DNA of 64,000 nt. Origin: Methanobacteriota archaeon (GTDB lineage Archaea; Thermoplasmatota; Poseidoniia; Poseidoniales; Thalassarchaeaceae). Each line of letters begins with the position of its first letter. Position 1 is the first letter of the stretch. The stretch is taken from NCBI GenBank assembly GCA_018654845.1, contig JABIKU010000016.1:3727-67726 (forward strand), written 5' to 3'. A program made the translations under genes and the position numbers. The notes beneath the pieces are model-generated. The model was not told the origin of the DNA, did no database searches, and saw only the letters and a program-made list of their open reading frames with translations. This document shows, one piece after another, positions 50,748 to 59,607 of this stretch.

Positions 50748-51376
50748 CAGTCAACCCCCATCCATTTGTGAGTTTGCAAACTCAGATTCCATCCAGGATT
50801 ATTTTTTACAACCTCAACTGTTGATTTAAAATTATTACCATTCCATTCAACATCTTTGTTTTCATCATAACAAGGCTGCAATAAATGATAATCAAAACCA
50901 CCCCTTAATTTATCATACATTTCTAAAGACTGCCCTAAATATACAATTTTCAGTTCATCTCCAGTTTTCTGACGAATTTTAATATCTGCATATTCTTGAT
51001 CTTTTGGGCTCACACAAATCCAATCAATTATTCCCGGTGGAATATTAATTGTCCCATTGGTTTCAATACTGAGATAGTAACCTAATGGTTTCAAACAATT
51101 TGAAAGAGTTTCTAAATCTTGTAATGCCGGTTCACCGCCTGTAAATATTATCTTTTCACAATCAAATTTTGATATTATGTTAACAATTTCTCCTAATGTC
51201 AAATCATTCCAAATATCAAAATCTGTGTCACACCATGGACATCTAAGATTACAACCCCCAAATCGAATAAATATTGAAGGGGTGCCAGCATGGTAACCTT
51301 CCCCTTGTATACTATGAAATATTTCTACGATTGGATACTTGTGTTCTAAGGTATTAACCTGAATCAACATAGTCAT
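50747..51376 (-). CDS. queE: 7-carboxy-7-deazaguanine synthase QueE
   Basis: EIFHSIQGEG, CNLRCPWCDT, TGGEP, ETNG, SPK, QTHK. Confidence 0.95.
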   Translation of the reverse strand: MTMLIQVNTLEHKYPIVEIFHSIQGEGYHAGTPSIFIRFGGCNLRCPWCDTDFDIWNDLTLGEIVNIISKFDCEKIIFTGGEPALQDLETLSNCLKPLGYYLSIETNGTINIPPGIIDWICVSPKDQEYADIKIRQKTGDELKIVYLGQSLEMYDKLRGGFDYHLLQPCYDENKDVEWNGNNFKSTVEVVKNNPGWNLSLQTHKWMGVD

Positions 51377-51398
51377 ATTATCACCGATTTAAATATAT

Positions 51399-51977
51399 TT
51401 ATCTACTAATAAGTTGTAATAATTCTGATCTAGCCTCTGAATTATCAAAAAACACACCATTCATAGCGCTAGTTGTCATTATTGATTGCTGTTTTTTGAC
51501 TCCTCTACATACCATACATCCATGAGATGCATCAATAATTACTGCAGATCCAAGCGGTTTCAATATTGATTCTAAGTCATTTGCGATTGATTTAGTAATT
51601 CGCTCTTGATTTTGCAACCTTCGAGCGTGCATATCCACTAATCTTGCTAGTTTACTTATTCCGACAATTTTGTCGACGGGAATATATGCTACACTAGCTT
51701 TACCAGAGAAAGGTAGTAGGTGATGTTCACAAGTTGAGTGAAATTCTATATCTTGCAAAAGAACTATGCCATCATAACCTTCTGCGTTAAATGTCGCATC
51801 AAGAATAGTTTTTGCATCGTCTGAATATCCTGAAAATATTTCTAAATATGAGTCAATAACTCTTTCCGGTGTACGCTTCAATCCTTCCCGCAACACATCC
51901 CCATCGAAATTTTCAATGAATCTAACTAGGGTTTCAATAGCTCTCTTCGCTTCATCTTGCTGAATTTTTTTTGTCAT
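51399..51977 (-). CDS. folE: GTP cyclohydrolase I (bacterial FolE type)
   Basis: [34 protein letters not shown]; start set at MTKK. Confidence 0.95.
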   Translation of the reverse strand: MTKKIQQDEAKRAIETLVRFIENFDGDVLREGLKRTPERVIDSYLEIFSGYSDDAKTILDATFNAEGYDGIVLLQDIEFHSTCEHHLLPFSGKASVAYIPVDKIVGISKLARLVDMHARRLQNQERITKSIANDLESILKPLGSAVIIDASHGCMVCRGVKKQQSIMTTSAMNGVFFDNSEARSELLQLISR

Positions 51978-51987
51978 AAATATCACT

Positions 51988-52149
51988 TTACCTTCCATGC
52001 GATTCATCAATTACATCTAATTGATCGAGTAGTTTTCGACATGCGGTTCTAATTGCATCTGCCACAGAAACAAATTTTTTCTTGTCACCAACATGGAGTT
52101 TCAAATCATCCAATAATTCCAACGGCATGTCCAAACTTATTTTTGGCAT
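51988..52149 (-). CDS. Ribbon-helix-helix (CopG/Arc/MetJ-like) regulator, 53 aa, not in ORF track
   Basis: [53 protein letters not shown]: alternating beta-strand, helix, S..xxIR.A helix. Confidence 0.82.
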   Translation of the reverse strand: MPKISLDMPLELLDDLKLHVGDKKKFVSVADAIRTACRKLLDQLDVIDESHGR

Positions 52150-52170
52150 ATAGGGGGGATGTCCCACACC

Positions 52171-52204
52171 TATAAAGTATTACTCCAGTAATACCAGAGT
52201 AATA
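52171..52204 (-). promoter_or_regulatory. TATA box (52171-52176) plus adjacent palindromic operator
   Basis: TTTATA 22-27 nt before ATG; GTATTACT-CC-AGTAATAC at 52177-52194; third half-site AGTAATA at 52198-52204. Confidence 0.7.
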
Positions 52205-52211
52205 TTGTGAC

Positions 52212-52514
52212 TTATTTTCGGTAAGATTCAATCAAATTATTTAATTGAGGAAAGTTATTGTGCAATCTTTGGGATTTATTACTAAGGGTTTCATATTGAA
52301 TTGAAATTTCTCCATCTTCTACATTATTGTCCAATAGGTTTGAAATCACATTCATACCCCCTTGTATTGAGCCCGCTTCTAGATATGCTTCATTCGATAT
52401 TAGTTGTCTATCGCGAAGTAATTCTAAAGTTTCTGATAGAAATTGCATTTCTAATTTTATAGCCGAACTTGTCAATGAAACTAGTGGCAGAAGCGAGTCG
52501 ACACTCTGAAGCAT
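52212..52514 (-). CDS. Hypothetical helical protein
   Basis: 100-aa ATG ORF co-oriented with neighbours. Confidence 0.55.
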   Translation of the reverse strand: MLQSVDSLLPLVSLTSSAIKLEMQFLSETLELLRDRQLISNEAYLEAGSIQGGMNVISNLLDNNVEDGEISIQYETLSNKSQRLHNNFPQLNNLIESYRK

Positions 52515-52545
52515 GAGGGGCGGTCAGGAGGTTTGTATATGATGA

Positions 52546-52971
52546 TTATTGTATCTGGCTTTGCACTAATTCAACAAGAATTCCCCCCGTAGATTTGGGG
52601 TGAATAAAAGCAATTAAATTACCATTTGCGCCTATATTTGGTGTCGAGTTAATCATTGTGAAATTATTATTCATTAATTTATCAATAACAAATTCTATAT
52701 TTTGAACATTAATTGCAATTTGTTGTATACCTTCTCCCTGATTGGAGATAAACTTAGCAATAGGCGAGCTATCACTTAATGGCTCAATCAATTCAATTTT
52801 CGAGAAAGTTTCATTCAAGTTATTATCTGTACCATGAAAGATACGAACGCGAACATCATGTTCAGGAATAATTTCATCTACACCTTGTTTTAATCCTAAT
52901 ATATTCCATAATATTGACGAATCTTCTAAATTTTTTGTCGCAATACCGACATGATCGATTCGTGGTGGCAT
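52546..52971 (-). CDS. mce: Methylmalonyl-CoA epimerase
   Basis: IDHVGIA, IELIEP, AFIHPKSTGGILVEL; directly downstream of the mutase. Confidence 0.93.
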   Translation of the reverse strand: MPPRIDHVGIATKNLEDSSILWNILGLKQGVDEIIPEHDVRVRIFHGTDNNLNETFSKIELIEPLSDSSPIAKFISNQGEGIQQIAINVQNIEFVIDKLMNNNFTMINSTPNIGANGNLIAFIHPKSTGGILVELVQSQIQ

Positions 52972-52972
52972 T

Positions 52973-54532
52973 TCATACTCCGCTTGGTGAGGTCCAGGTT
53001 CCAAATTCTTCTCTCATAATACCATTAACCTCACCAACAGTGGCTCCTGATTTCAATGCATTAATCAAAGGATTCATAACATTTTGAGTTGATTTACAAG
53101 CGGTTCTTAATTCAGACAATGAATCCACGACCTCCTCGGTATTTCTTAATTTTTTGAATTCTATTAATTTATTAATTTGAGATTCAGAATGTTTTTTATC
53201 TAATATTAACCCCTGAGTAGTATCTTTATCGGATTCAATATATTTGTTAACACCGACGACTGACAATTCCCCTGATTCAATTTTTTTCAATTCCCTCCAA
53301 GCACTTTCATGAATTTTTTTCTGTTGGATCCCCGATTTTATGGCTTCCATAGCCCCACCAGATGAATAAATTTCTTCAATAAGTTCAGTTGCCTCAGAAA
53401 CGATTCTTGCAGTTAACTCTTCGATAAGATATGAACCCGCCAAAGGATCTACAGTATCTCCAACAAAGGTCTCCTCAGAGATTATTTGTTGAGTTCGAAG
53501 AGCGATTTTTACTGCTTCATCTGTTGGCAATCCAATTGCTTCGTCGTAGCTATTTGTATGGAGGGATTGCGTACCACCAAACACTGAAGATAATGCTTGA
53601 TATGCAACTCTTATGGCGTTGTTCATTGGTTGCTGTGCAGTAAGTGAAACTCCTGCTGTTTGTGTGTGGAATCTAAGTTTTTTAGAACGTGAATCCTTTG
53701 GTGAAAATCTATGAGAGATTTGTTCAAACCATAATTGTCTTGCTGCCCTAAATTTGGAAATTTCTTCCAAAAAATCATTATGGCATCCAAAAAAGAATGA
53801 CATTCGAGGGGCGAAATCATCAATTTCCAATCCAACTTTAATAGATTCTTCTGCATAATAAAGGGCATTTGAAATTGTTAAACCAACTTCCTCAACAGCA
53901 GTACATCCGGCTTCCCTCATGTGGTATCCACTAACTGATATGGTATTCCAAGAAGGTAAATTTTCATGACACCATTGAAACAAATCGGTTGTTAGTCGAA
54001 TGGATTGTTTGGGCGGAAATACGTAAAGGCCTCTGGCAATATACTCCTTCAAGATATCATTTTGAACTGTGCCTTTTAGCTTAGTTCTCGATATCCTTTT
54101 TTCATCTGCCAAAGCCACGTACAATGCTAATAGTGTTGTTGCTGAAGCGTTAATTGTCATAGAAGTAGATACTTCCCCCAAATCAATATCATCAAATAAT
54201 TCTCTCATATCATCTAGAGTATCTATTGCCACTCCTACCTTGCCAACTTCTCCTTCAGAAGATTCATGATCTGAATCTAAACCCAGTTGTGTTGGCAAAT
54301 CAAATGCAATTGAAAGGCCAGTTTGTCCCGAATCTAATAATAATTTAAATCTATGATTAGTTTCTTTAGCTGTGGAAAATCCAGCATATTGACGCATTGT
54401 CCAGCGTTTATTTAGGTACATTTCCTTATGAATTCCTCTTGTGTACGGCGGCTCCCCAGGGGGCGAATGTCCTTCTGGAGGGTAACCTGAGTTGACCGCT
54501 GTTTCAGGAGTGGAAACTTTGGATCTAATCAT
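52973..54532 (-). CDS. Methylmalonyl-CoA mutase, substrate-binding subunit (no B12 domain)
   Basis: PYTRG, RQYAGF (Tyr), QNDILKEY, SGYH.REAG, LHTNS.DEA. Confidence 0.92.
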   Translation of the reverse strand: MIRSKVSTPETAVNSGYPPEGHSPPGEPPYTRGIHKEMYLNKRWTMRQYAGFSTAKETNHRFKLLLDSGQTGLSIAFDLPTQLGLDSDHESSEGEVGKVGVAIDTLDDMRELFDDIDLGEVSTSMTINASATTLLALYVALADEKRISRTKLKGTVQNDILKEYIARGLYVFPPKQSIRLTTDLFQWCHENLPSWNTISVSGYHMREAGCTAVEEVGLTISNALYYAEESIKVGLEIDDFAPRMSFFFGCHNDFLEEISKFRAARQLWFEQISHRFSPKDSRSKKLRFHTQTAGVSLTAQQPMNNAIRVAYQALSSVFGGTQSLHTNSYDEAIGLPTDEAVKIALRTQQIISEETFVGDTVDPLAGSYLIEELTARIVSEATELIEEIYSSGGAMEAIKSGIQQKKIHESAWRELKKIESGELSVVGVNKYIESDKDTTQGLILDKKHSESQINKLIEFKKLRNTEEVVDSLSELRTACKSTQNVMNPLINALKSGATVGEVNGIMREEFGTWTSPSGV

Positions 54533-54611
54533 CCCACTTCGAGTGGTTGAATAGTCATCATGCATGCTTCTCAACACGTTGAGGCCCAACAATGCAAATT
54601 AATGATTTGTT

Positions 54612-55097
54612 TCAATGGTGATGCCCACCTGGACCATGAACATGTCCATGTGTTAATTCTTCTTCTTCGGCATTTCTTATGGATAAAATTTCTACTTCAA
54701 AGGTTAATGCTTTTCCTGCCATAGGGTGATTGAAGTCACAACTAACCTCTAATTCATTGATTTCTATTACTTCAAATGGCATAGGCATACCCTGAACTTC
54801 AGCCTGAAATTGCATCCCAACCTCTAGCTCGTCTGTAAATTGCCCTCTTTCCATTTGTAAAACCCGGTCTTCTTCTCTGTGACCATATGCACGCTCAGGA
54901 TCCAAAGTAAAAATCCTCTTTTCACCTGTTTTTGAGCCTAAAATTTCTTCTTCAAAACCCAAAATCATATTTTGGTGCCCGATTAAAAATGTAATTGGTT
55001 CTCGTCCTTCACCTTTCGAGGAATCAAAAATTTCTTTATTTTCTGGAAAGTATCCTACATAATCTACTGTTACTACTTTATTTAATTCTACTATCAT
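54612..55097 (-). CDS. slyD: SlyD-type FKBP peptidyl-prolyl isomerase
   Basis: PERAYG, DFNHPMAGKAL.F, His-rich tail HGHVHGPGGHHH. Confidence 0.92.
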   Translation of the reverse strand: MIVELNKVVTVDYVGYFPENKEIFDSSKGEGREPITFLIGHQNMILGFEEEILGSKTGEKRIFTLDPERAYGHREEDRVLQMERGQFTDELEVGMQFQAEVQGMPMPFEVIEINELEVSCDFNHPMAGKALTFEVEILSIRNAEEEELTHGHVHGPGGHHH

Positions 55098-55101
55098 TAT
55101 A

Positions 55102-55896
55102 TCATCTCCGTATTGTATATTCATCAATTATTTTCGTTAATTTTTCTAATTGATATTCATCGATAATACCACTATTAATTTTCTCGTCTAAATACAACTT
55201 AGCCTCAGCAGCAGTTTGCCGTTCACCTTTTGCCCAAATTGATCCTAGCAATCCAGAACGGTGTTCTTCTGCGATATCTATATTCTTGAGTAAGCCTCGC
55301 ATTTCATATTTGTATTCCATGTGCCTACTCCTATCTAATCTTCTTGCACGATTAGCTGGTTGATAACTTGTTTTCCGAGCCCTACGACGAGGCTTTGGAG
55401 GGGGTTTTGCTACCGGTTTAGTTGCAGTATTATTTTTTGTATTCACCAGATTAGTATTTTGAGAAGCTCTAAGTTTACTCTGCTTGATTAATTGAATGGC
55501 TTTATTCGACTGCACCTTATCTGTTTTTTTCCCCAATTTTTTGGAACCTTTTTTAGTCTTTAATCCGACGCTTTTTCTTGCGGATATAGATTTATCCTTA
55601 TCCTTTATTATTGGTGGTTCTGCTGCTGTTATTATTTCCTTAGCCACTTTAGTCGCCTCAGGTTTCTTGTCAGGATGTTTCTCTTTTGTAACCGAAGTTT
55701 GAATTCTTGCTTCAGTTTGTATTTGAGGTGGCGAAGGTGTTTCAATATTTTTTACTCCAGAAGTGGTAGGAGAGGGACTAGCTTTAGGAGTAGGTTTTAT
55801 CGGAGTCGCAACCCGTATTTTTTTCTTTGATTCTTTATTCGAATCCTTGCCAAAAATATTTTTTGGCAAATTTTTGGGTTTGCGACGACGCTGCAC
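55102..55896 (-). CDS. Basic Lys/Pro-rich protein with C-terminal helical domain
   Basis: About 185-aa low-complexity basic N-terminus followed by a compact domain (GSIWAKG..EAK). Confidence 0.7.
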   Translation of the reverse strand: MQRRRKPKNLPKNIFGKDSNKESKKKIRVATPIKPTPKASPSPTTSGVKNIETPSPPQIQTEARIQTSVTKEKHPDKKPEATKVAKEIITAAEPPIIKDKDKSISARKSVGLKTKKGSKKLGKKTDKVQSNKAIQLIKQSKLRASQNTNLVNTKNNTATKPVAKPPPKPRRRARKTSYQPANRARRLDRSRHMEYKYEMRGLLKNIDIAEEHRSGLLGSIWAKGERQTAAEAKLYLDEKINSGIIDEYQLEKLTKIIDEYTIRR

Positions 55897-55961
55897 TACT
55901 GAACCAGTCTCCTATACAATCCTGAGTAAAGGGTTTCATAAGGGTATTGAGTTCAATTATG

Positions 55962-56969
55962 TCAAAGCCAAGACACAATTGTTGAATCTGTCCTCAATAA
56001 TGGATTAATTTTACTATCAGAAAAAACAGTTTCTTCATTACTTAATCTTGCCAATCGTCCCAATTCTGCTATCATAGTTCCATTATCAATACAATATTGT
56101 TTTTCAGGCCAGTGTGAACTTGCACCACGTTCGAGGCACATTATTTCAGACATCTGTCTAATTCGTAAATTACATGCCACCCCACCACCAAGAAGGACCT
56201 CTGTTTTACCTAAATGTGCCAGGGCTCGTTCTGTAACCTCAATACAACTAGAAAATGCGTGCTCTTGCAATGACCAACATACTTGAGCCAATGGTTTTCC
56301 GTCGTTAATTAATTGCTGAGCCGCAGTCAACATTCCTGAAAAAGACAAGTCCATTCCTTGAACGCCGTATGGCAATTCGACGTCTATTAGAGACGCGTTT
56401 GGGTTTTTGGCTACCCATCTTTCAGCCAATTTTTCAATCTCAGGACCTCCGGGAAATGGAATTCCTTGTGCTCTGGCAAATTTGTCAAGCATATTTCCAA
56501 TTCCGATATCTAAAGTTTCTCCAATAACGCGATATTTATCCCCCATTCGAGCAATAACCTGCGTATTGCCTCCACTTACATAAAGTAAAACTGGATCGGT
56601 ACACCCTGTTTGATTTCGTCCAATTTCAATATGAGCAATACAATGATTAACGCCAATTAAAGGCACATTAAGCTCCGATGCCAAAGCTCTAGCTACGGAT
56701 GCTCCCACCCTTAAACAAGGGCCCAAACCTGGGCCTTGGCTGAAGGCAATTGATAAAATATTATTTTTCTGAATATTGTTAATATCCAAAAACTGTGTAA
56801 TTATTCTTGACACATTTTCTGAATGATGATCGGCGGCTTCTCGAGGATGTATTCCCCCTTCTTCAGGTCTAAAAAGGGCAGAACATGAAGGAATTAGTTC
56901 CCCACTCTCTTTCACACCACCAATTGAAAGAGTGTGGGCTGTGCTTTCAAGCCCGATAACAATGCCCAT
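55962..56969 (-). CDS. kae1: tRNA t6A threonylcarbamoyltransferase Kae1
   Basis: GLESTAHT, GGIHPREAADHH, GPGLGPCL, NHCIAHIE, SGGNTQ, DNGTMIA. Confidence 0.95.
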   Translation of the reverse strand: MGIVIGLESTAHTLSIGGVKESGELIPSCSALFRPEEGGIHPREAADHHSENVSRIITQFLDINNIQKNNILSIAFSQGPGLGPCLRVGASVARALASELNVPLIGVNHCIAHIEIGRNQTGCTDPVLLYVSGGNTQVIARMGDKYRVIGETLDIGIGNMLDKFARAQGIPFPGGPEIEKLAERWVAKNPNASLIDVELPYGVQGMDLSFSGMLTAAQQLINDGKPLAQVCWSLQEHAFSSCIEVTERALAHLGKTEVLLGGGVACNLRIRQMSEIMCLERGASSHWPEKQYCIDNGTMIAELGRLARLSNEETVFSDSKINPLLRTDSTIVSWL

Positions 56970-57022
56970 TGTATTCTTCCAACAGACATAGTCCTTTCAA
57001 GTATCACTCTTCACGGACGTTC

Positions 57023-58282
57023 ATGCAGTTGCTCTTGGTAAACATTGGGGAGCTTGCAACTCTTTCAGAGGGTGACCCAAATAAACCTCTCACTGGCGAC
57101 TCAATGCACAATAGAGAACAGTTAGTTCATAATCATGGAACTGGAATATATATTGAAGAAGATAAGATTATTCGAATCGATGATTCCCAAAAATTATTTG
57201 AAGAATATTCTGGAACAAATGTCAAAATATTAGATGTTGAATCCAAAGCAATCGTGCCCGGATTTGTAGATTCTCACACACATTTGGTTTGGGCGGGAGA
57301 TCGCGCTAATGAAATGAATTTGAGAAGAAAAGGATACTCTTACCAAGATATTGCTAATGCAGGTGGAGGAATCCAAAAAACAGTTGATTATACTCGAAGC
57401 ACATCCGAAGAACATCTAATCAATAAGGGGTTAGATATTTGTAAAACAGCTTTAAAGTTTGGAACCACCACTATTGAGGGGAAAAGTGGATATGGATTAA
57501 CGACGAAATCTGAAATTAATCTTCTCCAAGCAATTAAAAAAATTGGAAGCACTTCCCCTCAATTAATTCTCGGGACATGGCTTGGAGCCCACGATTTCCC
57601 TAAGAATACAAAAAAATCAGATTATATTGAATCTCTAATTTCTGATCAATTACCTTTGGTAGTTGAAAATAATTTAGCTAATTGGGTAGATGTATTTTGT
57701 GAACCTGGGTGGTATGATTTAGAACAAACAGAGACCATAATCAAAGCTTCTCATGAATTAGGACTTCGGAGTCGAATTCATGTAGACGAATTTGTAGATG
57801 GCAACGGGTTATCCCTAGCTGCTGAATTGGGTTGTGATAGTGGGGATCATGTAGGATTCAGTAATTCAGAATCTAGGGAGGCGGCAAACAAGGCTGGCAC
57901 CCTTCAAACATTTTTACCTGGTACTCCATATGTTTTAGGTAATGAATTAATATATCCACTAAACGAATGTTTAGACAACAATTGGGCATTCGGCTTCGCA
58001 ACGGATTACAATCCTAATTGTAATACAATTTCTTTACCATTTGTAGGCAGCCTCGCAACCCACCGATTGAATCTTGACCCTCTTGCCGCATTAGTGGCGG
58101 TAACAAGAAACCCTGCATCATCACTAAATTTGAAAGAAGAAGAAATCAGAGGAAGTATACGTGAAGGTGGAATTGCCGATCTAAATATTTTGAAAAGTAA
58201 TTATATCGATGGCTGGTGTCAAACGCCTGGTATTTCTCCAGTTTCAAAAACAATTATTTCAGGGGAATTGTTTAACCATTAA
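57023..58282 (+). CDS. hutI: Imidazolonepropionase
   Basis: PGFVDSHTH, GGGI..TV, KSGYGL, DVFCE, ATDYNP. Confidence 0.93.
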   Translation: MQLLLVNIGELATLSEGDPNKPLTGDSMHNREQLVHNHGTGIYIEEDKIIRIDDSQKLFEEYSGTNVKILDVESKAIVPGFVDSHTHLVWAGDRANEMNLRRKGYSYQDIANAGGGIQKTVDYTRSTSEEHLINKGLDICKTALKFGTTTIEGKSGYGLTTKSEINLLQAIKKIGSTSPQLILGTWLGAHDFPKNTKKSDYIESLISDQLPLVVENNLANWVDVFCEPGWYDLEQTETIIKASHELGLRSRIHVDEFVDGNGLSLAAELGCDSGDHVGFSNSESREAANKAGTLQTFLPGTPYVLGNELIYPLNECLDNNWAFGFATDYNPNCNTISLPFVGSLATHRLNLDPLAALVAVTRNPASSLNLKEEEIRGSIREGGIADLNILKSNYIDGWCQTPGISPVSKTIISGELFNH

Positions 58283-58572
58283 AAATGCTACAAATCTATT
58301 TTAAATTTCTAACGTATTTGTACAATCTTTTTCAAACTTTCAATTACACAATTTCAATTATGTCCAAATTATTTCTTAATTCTCGATTGTAGATAATTTG
58401 ATACTGATTTTTCGCTAATAGTATTGCTGATAAGAATGATTATCGGAATTTGTTCCATATTGATTATCTGCATCTGCTTAGCAGTACCACGTTATTGGTA
58501 ATAATTGTAATTATCATCATTACAGAGGGGGTGGAAGGAAGATATTTACGAATGACTCTATGAAAACAGATC

Positions 58573-58725
58573 ATGGTAGTATATGTTGGTTATTGCATGA
58601 GTTGCAAGAAATCACGAGATATACTCAATGCGAAATTGATTCAGATGAAAAATGGAAGAACCAGAGTGGCTGGTTCGTGCTCATCCATAGATTGTTGTGG
58701 AAAAATCTCAAAAATAATTTCATGA
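58573..58725 (+). CDS. 50-aa zinc-ribbon microprotein (DUF5679-like), not in ORF track
   Basis: MVVYVGYCMSCKKSRDILNAKLIQMKNGRTRVAGSCSSIDCCGKISKIIS: YCxxC..MKNGR..G.C..C..K. Confidence 0.75.
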   Translation: MVVYVGYCMSCKKSRDILNAKLIQMKNGRTRVAGSCSSIDCCGKISKIIS

Positions 58726-58784
58726 ATTATTAACCCACAAAGAGAATCATTGATGAGGGGGTCTCTTGACGGCCGCCTACCTTA

Positions 58785-58860
58785 GGGCTCGTGGTCTAGG
58801 GGTTATGACGTCGCCTTGACATGGCGAAGATCGCAGGTTCAATTCCTGCCGAGCCCACCA
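58785..58860 (+). tRNA. tRNA-Val(GAC)
   Basis: Acceptor GGGCTCG/CGAGCCC, anticodon arm TCGCC-TTGACAT-GGCGA, TTCAATT T-loop, encoded CCA. Confidence 0.96.
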
Positions 58861-58881
58861 ATAGAGTTAATTCTAGTTTTG

Positions 58882-59607
58882 TCATAATTCAAATTCAAAT
58901 GCTAGTCTCAATCTACCTTTGCCTTTGTTCTTCTTGCCGATGTATCGGAGAGGTGGAATAATGGATGTATTTGATACATGAGTGCCAGCGCATGGACATA
59001 AATCTACACCTTCTATTTCCACCACTCGTAAATTATCCCCTGGTATTTTATGCAAAAATTTAGTGTGTCTTATCAGTTTGTGGTTTAGTATTGTACTCCT
59101 GTCCCACTCGTGAATATTTACTGGTGTTGATGAGCTTAATACTGAATTAACTGCACTAACTAATTCAACCGGATTAAATTCTTCCTTGTTTTCAAATAGC
59201 AAATCAATGCGTGATCGAATAGCTCCCAATTGGTTTCCGACGGTCTGAGCGCCCCAGATATCTTCAGCTAGCGCCGAAACAATATGTTGTGAGGTATGCA
59301 TCATTGCGTGAGCGTTTCTTCTTTCAGTGTCGATTTGACAAGAAATTCCCTCTCCAATTTCAAAATTAAATGGGTCGTCTATAGGATGTACAATCATTTC
59401 ACCAGGTAGAACCTCTGAAAATTCAGAAATTCCCCCATCAGTTTTGATTATCTTACCTGTATCACCAGGTTGTCCCCCTCCACGTGGATAACAGTATGTT
59501 TCAGAAAGTAACAATGCTGACTCACTAATTCCAACAACATTCGCTTCAAATTGAGGGGGGTTAATTCCAGGATGCTTGGTCATGTGTAGTTTTTCTTGCA
59601 AAATCAA
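58882..59607 (-). CDS. Alanyl-tRNA editing protein AlaX
   Basis: YPRGGGQPGD, HTSQH, CPCAGTHV. Confidence 0.9.
   Translation of the reverse strand: MILQEKLHMTKHPGINPPQFEANVVGISESALLLSETYCYPRGGGQPGDTGKIIKTDGGISEFSEVLPGEMIVHPIDDPFNFEIGEGISCQIDTERRNAHAMMHTSQHIVSALAEDIWGAQTVGNQLGAIRSRIDLLFENKEEFNPVELVSAVNSVLSSSTPVNIHEWDRSTILNHKLIRHTKFLHKIPGDNLRVVEIEGVDLCPCAGTHVSNTSIIPPLRYIGKKNKGKGRLRLAFEFEL

Noticed and set aside
49106..51977. Dpd-type 7-deazaguanine DNA modification/defence island
   Set aside because: No DpdA/TGT-like gene, helicase or nuclease nearby; core-genome context favours tRNA modification.
52149..52211. preQ1 riboswitch ahead of the que operon
   Set aside because: No recognisable preQ1 stem or A-rich tail, and TATA spacing implies almost no leader.
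58283..58572. Replication origin or small ORFs in the AT-rich gap
   Set aside because: No repeated ORB-like boxes or cdc6/orc1 nearby; the short ORFs found lack recognisable features.
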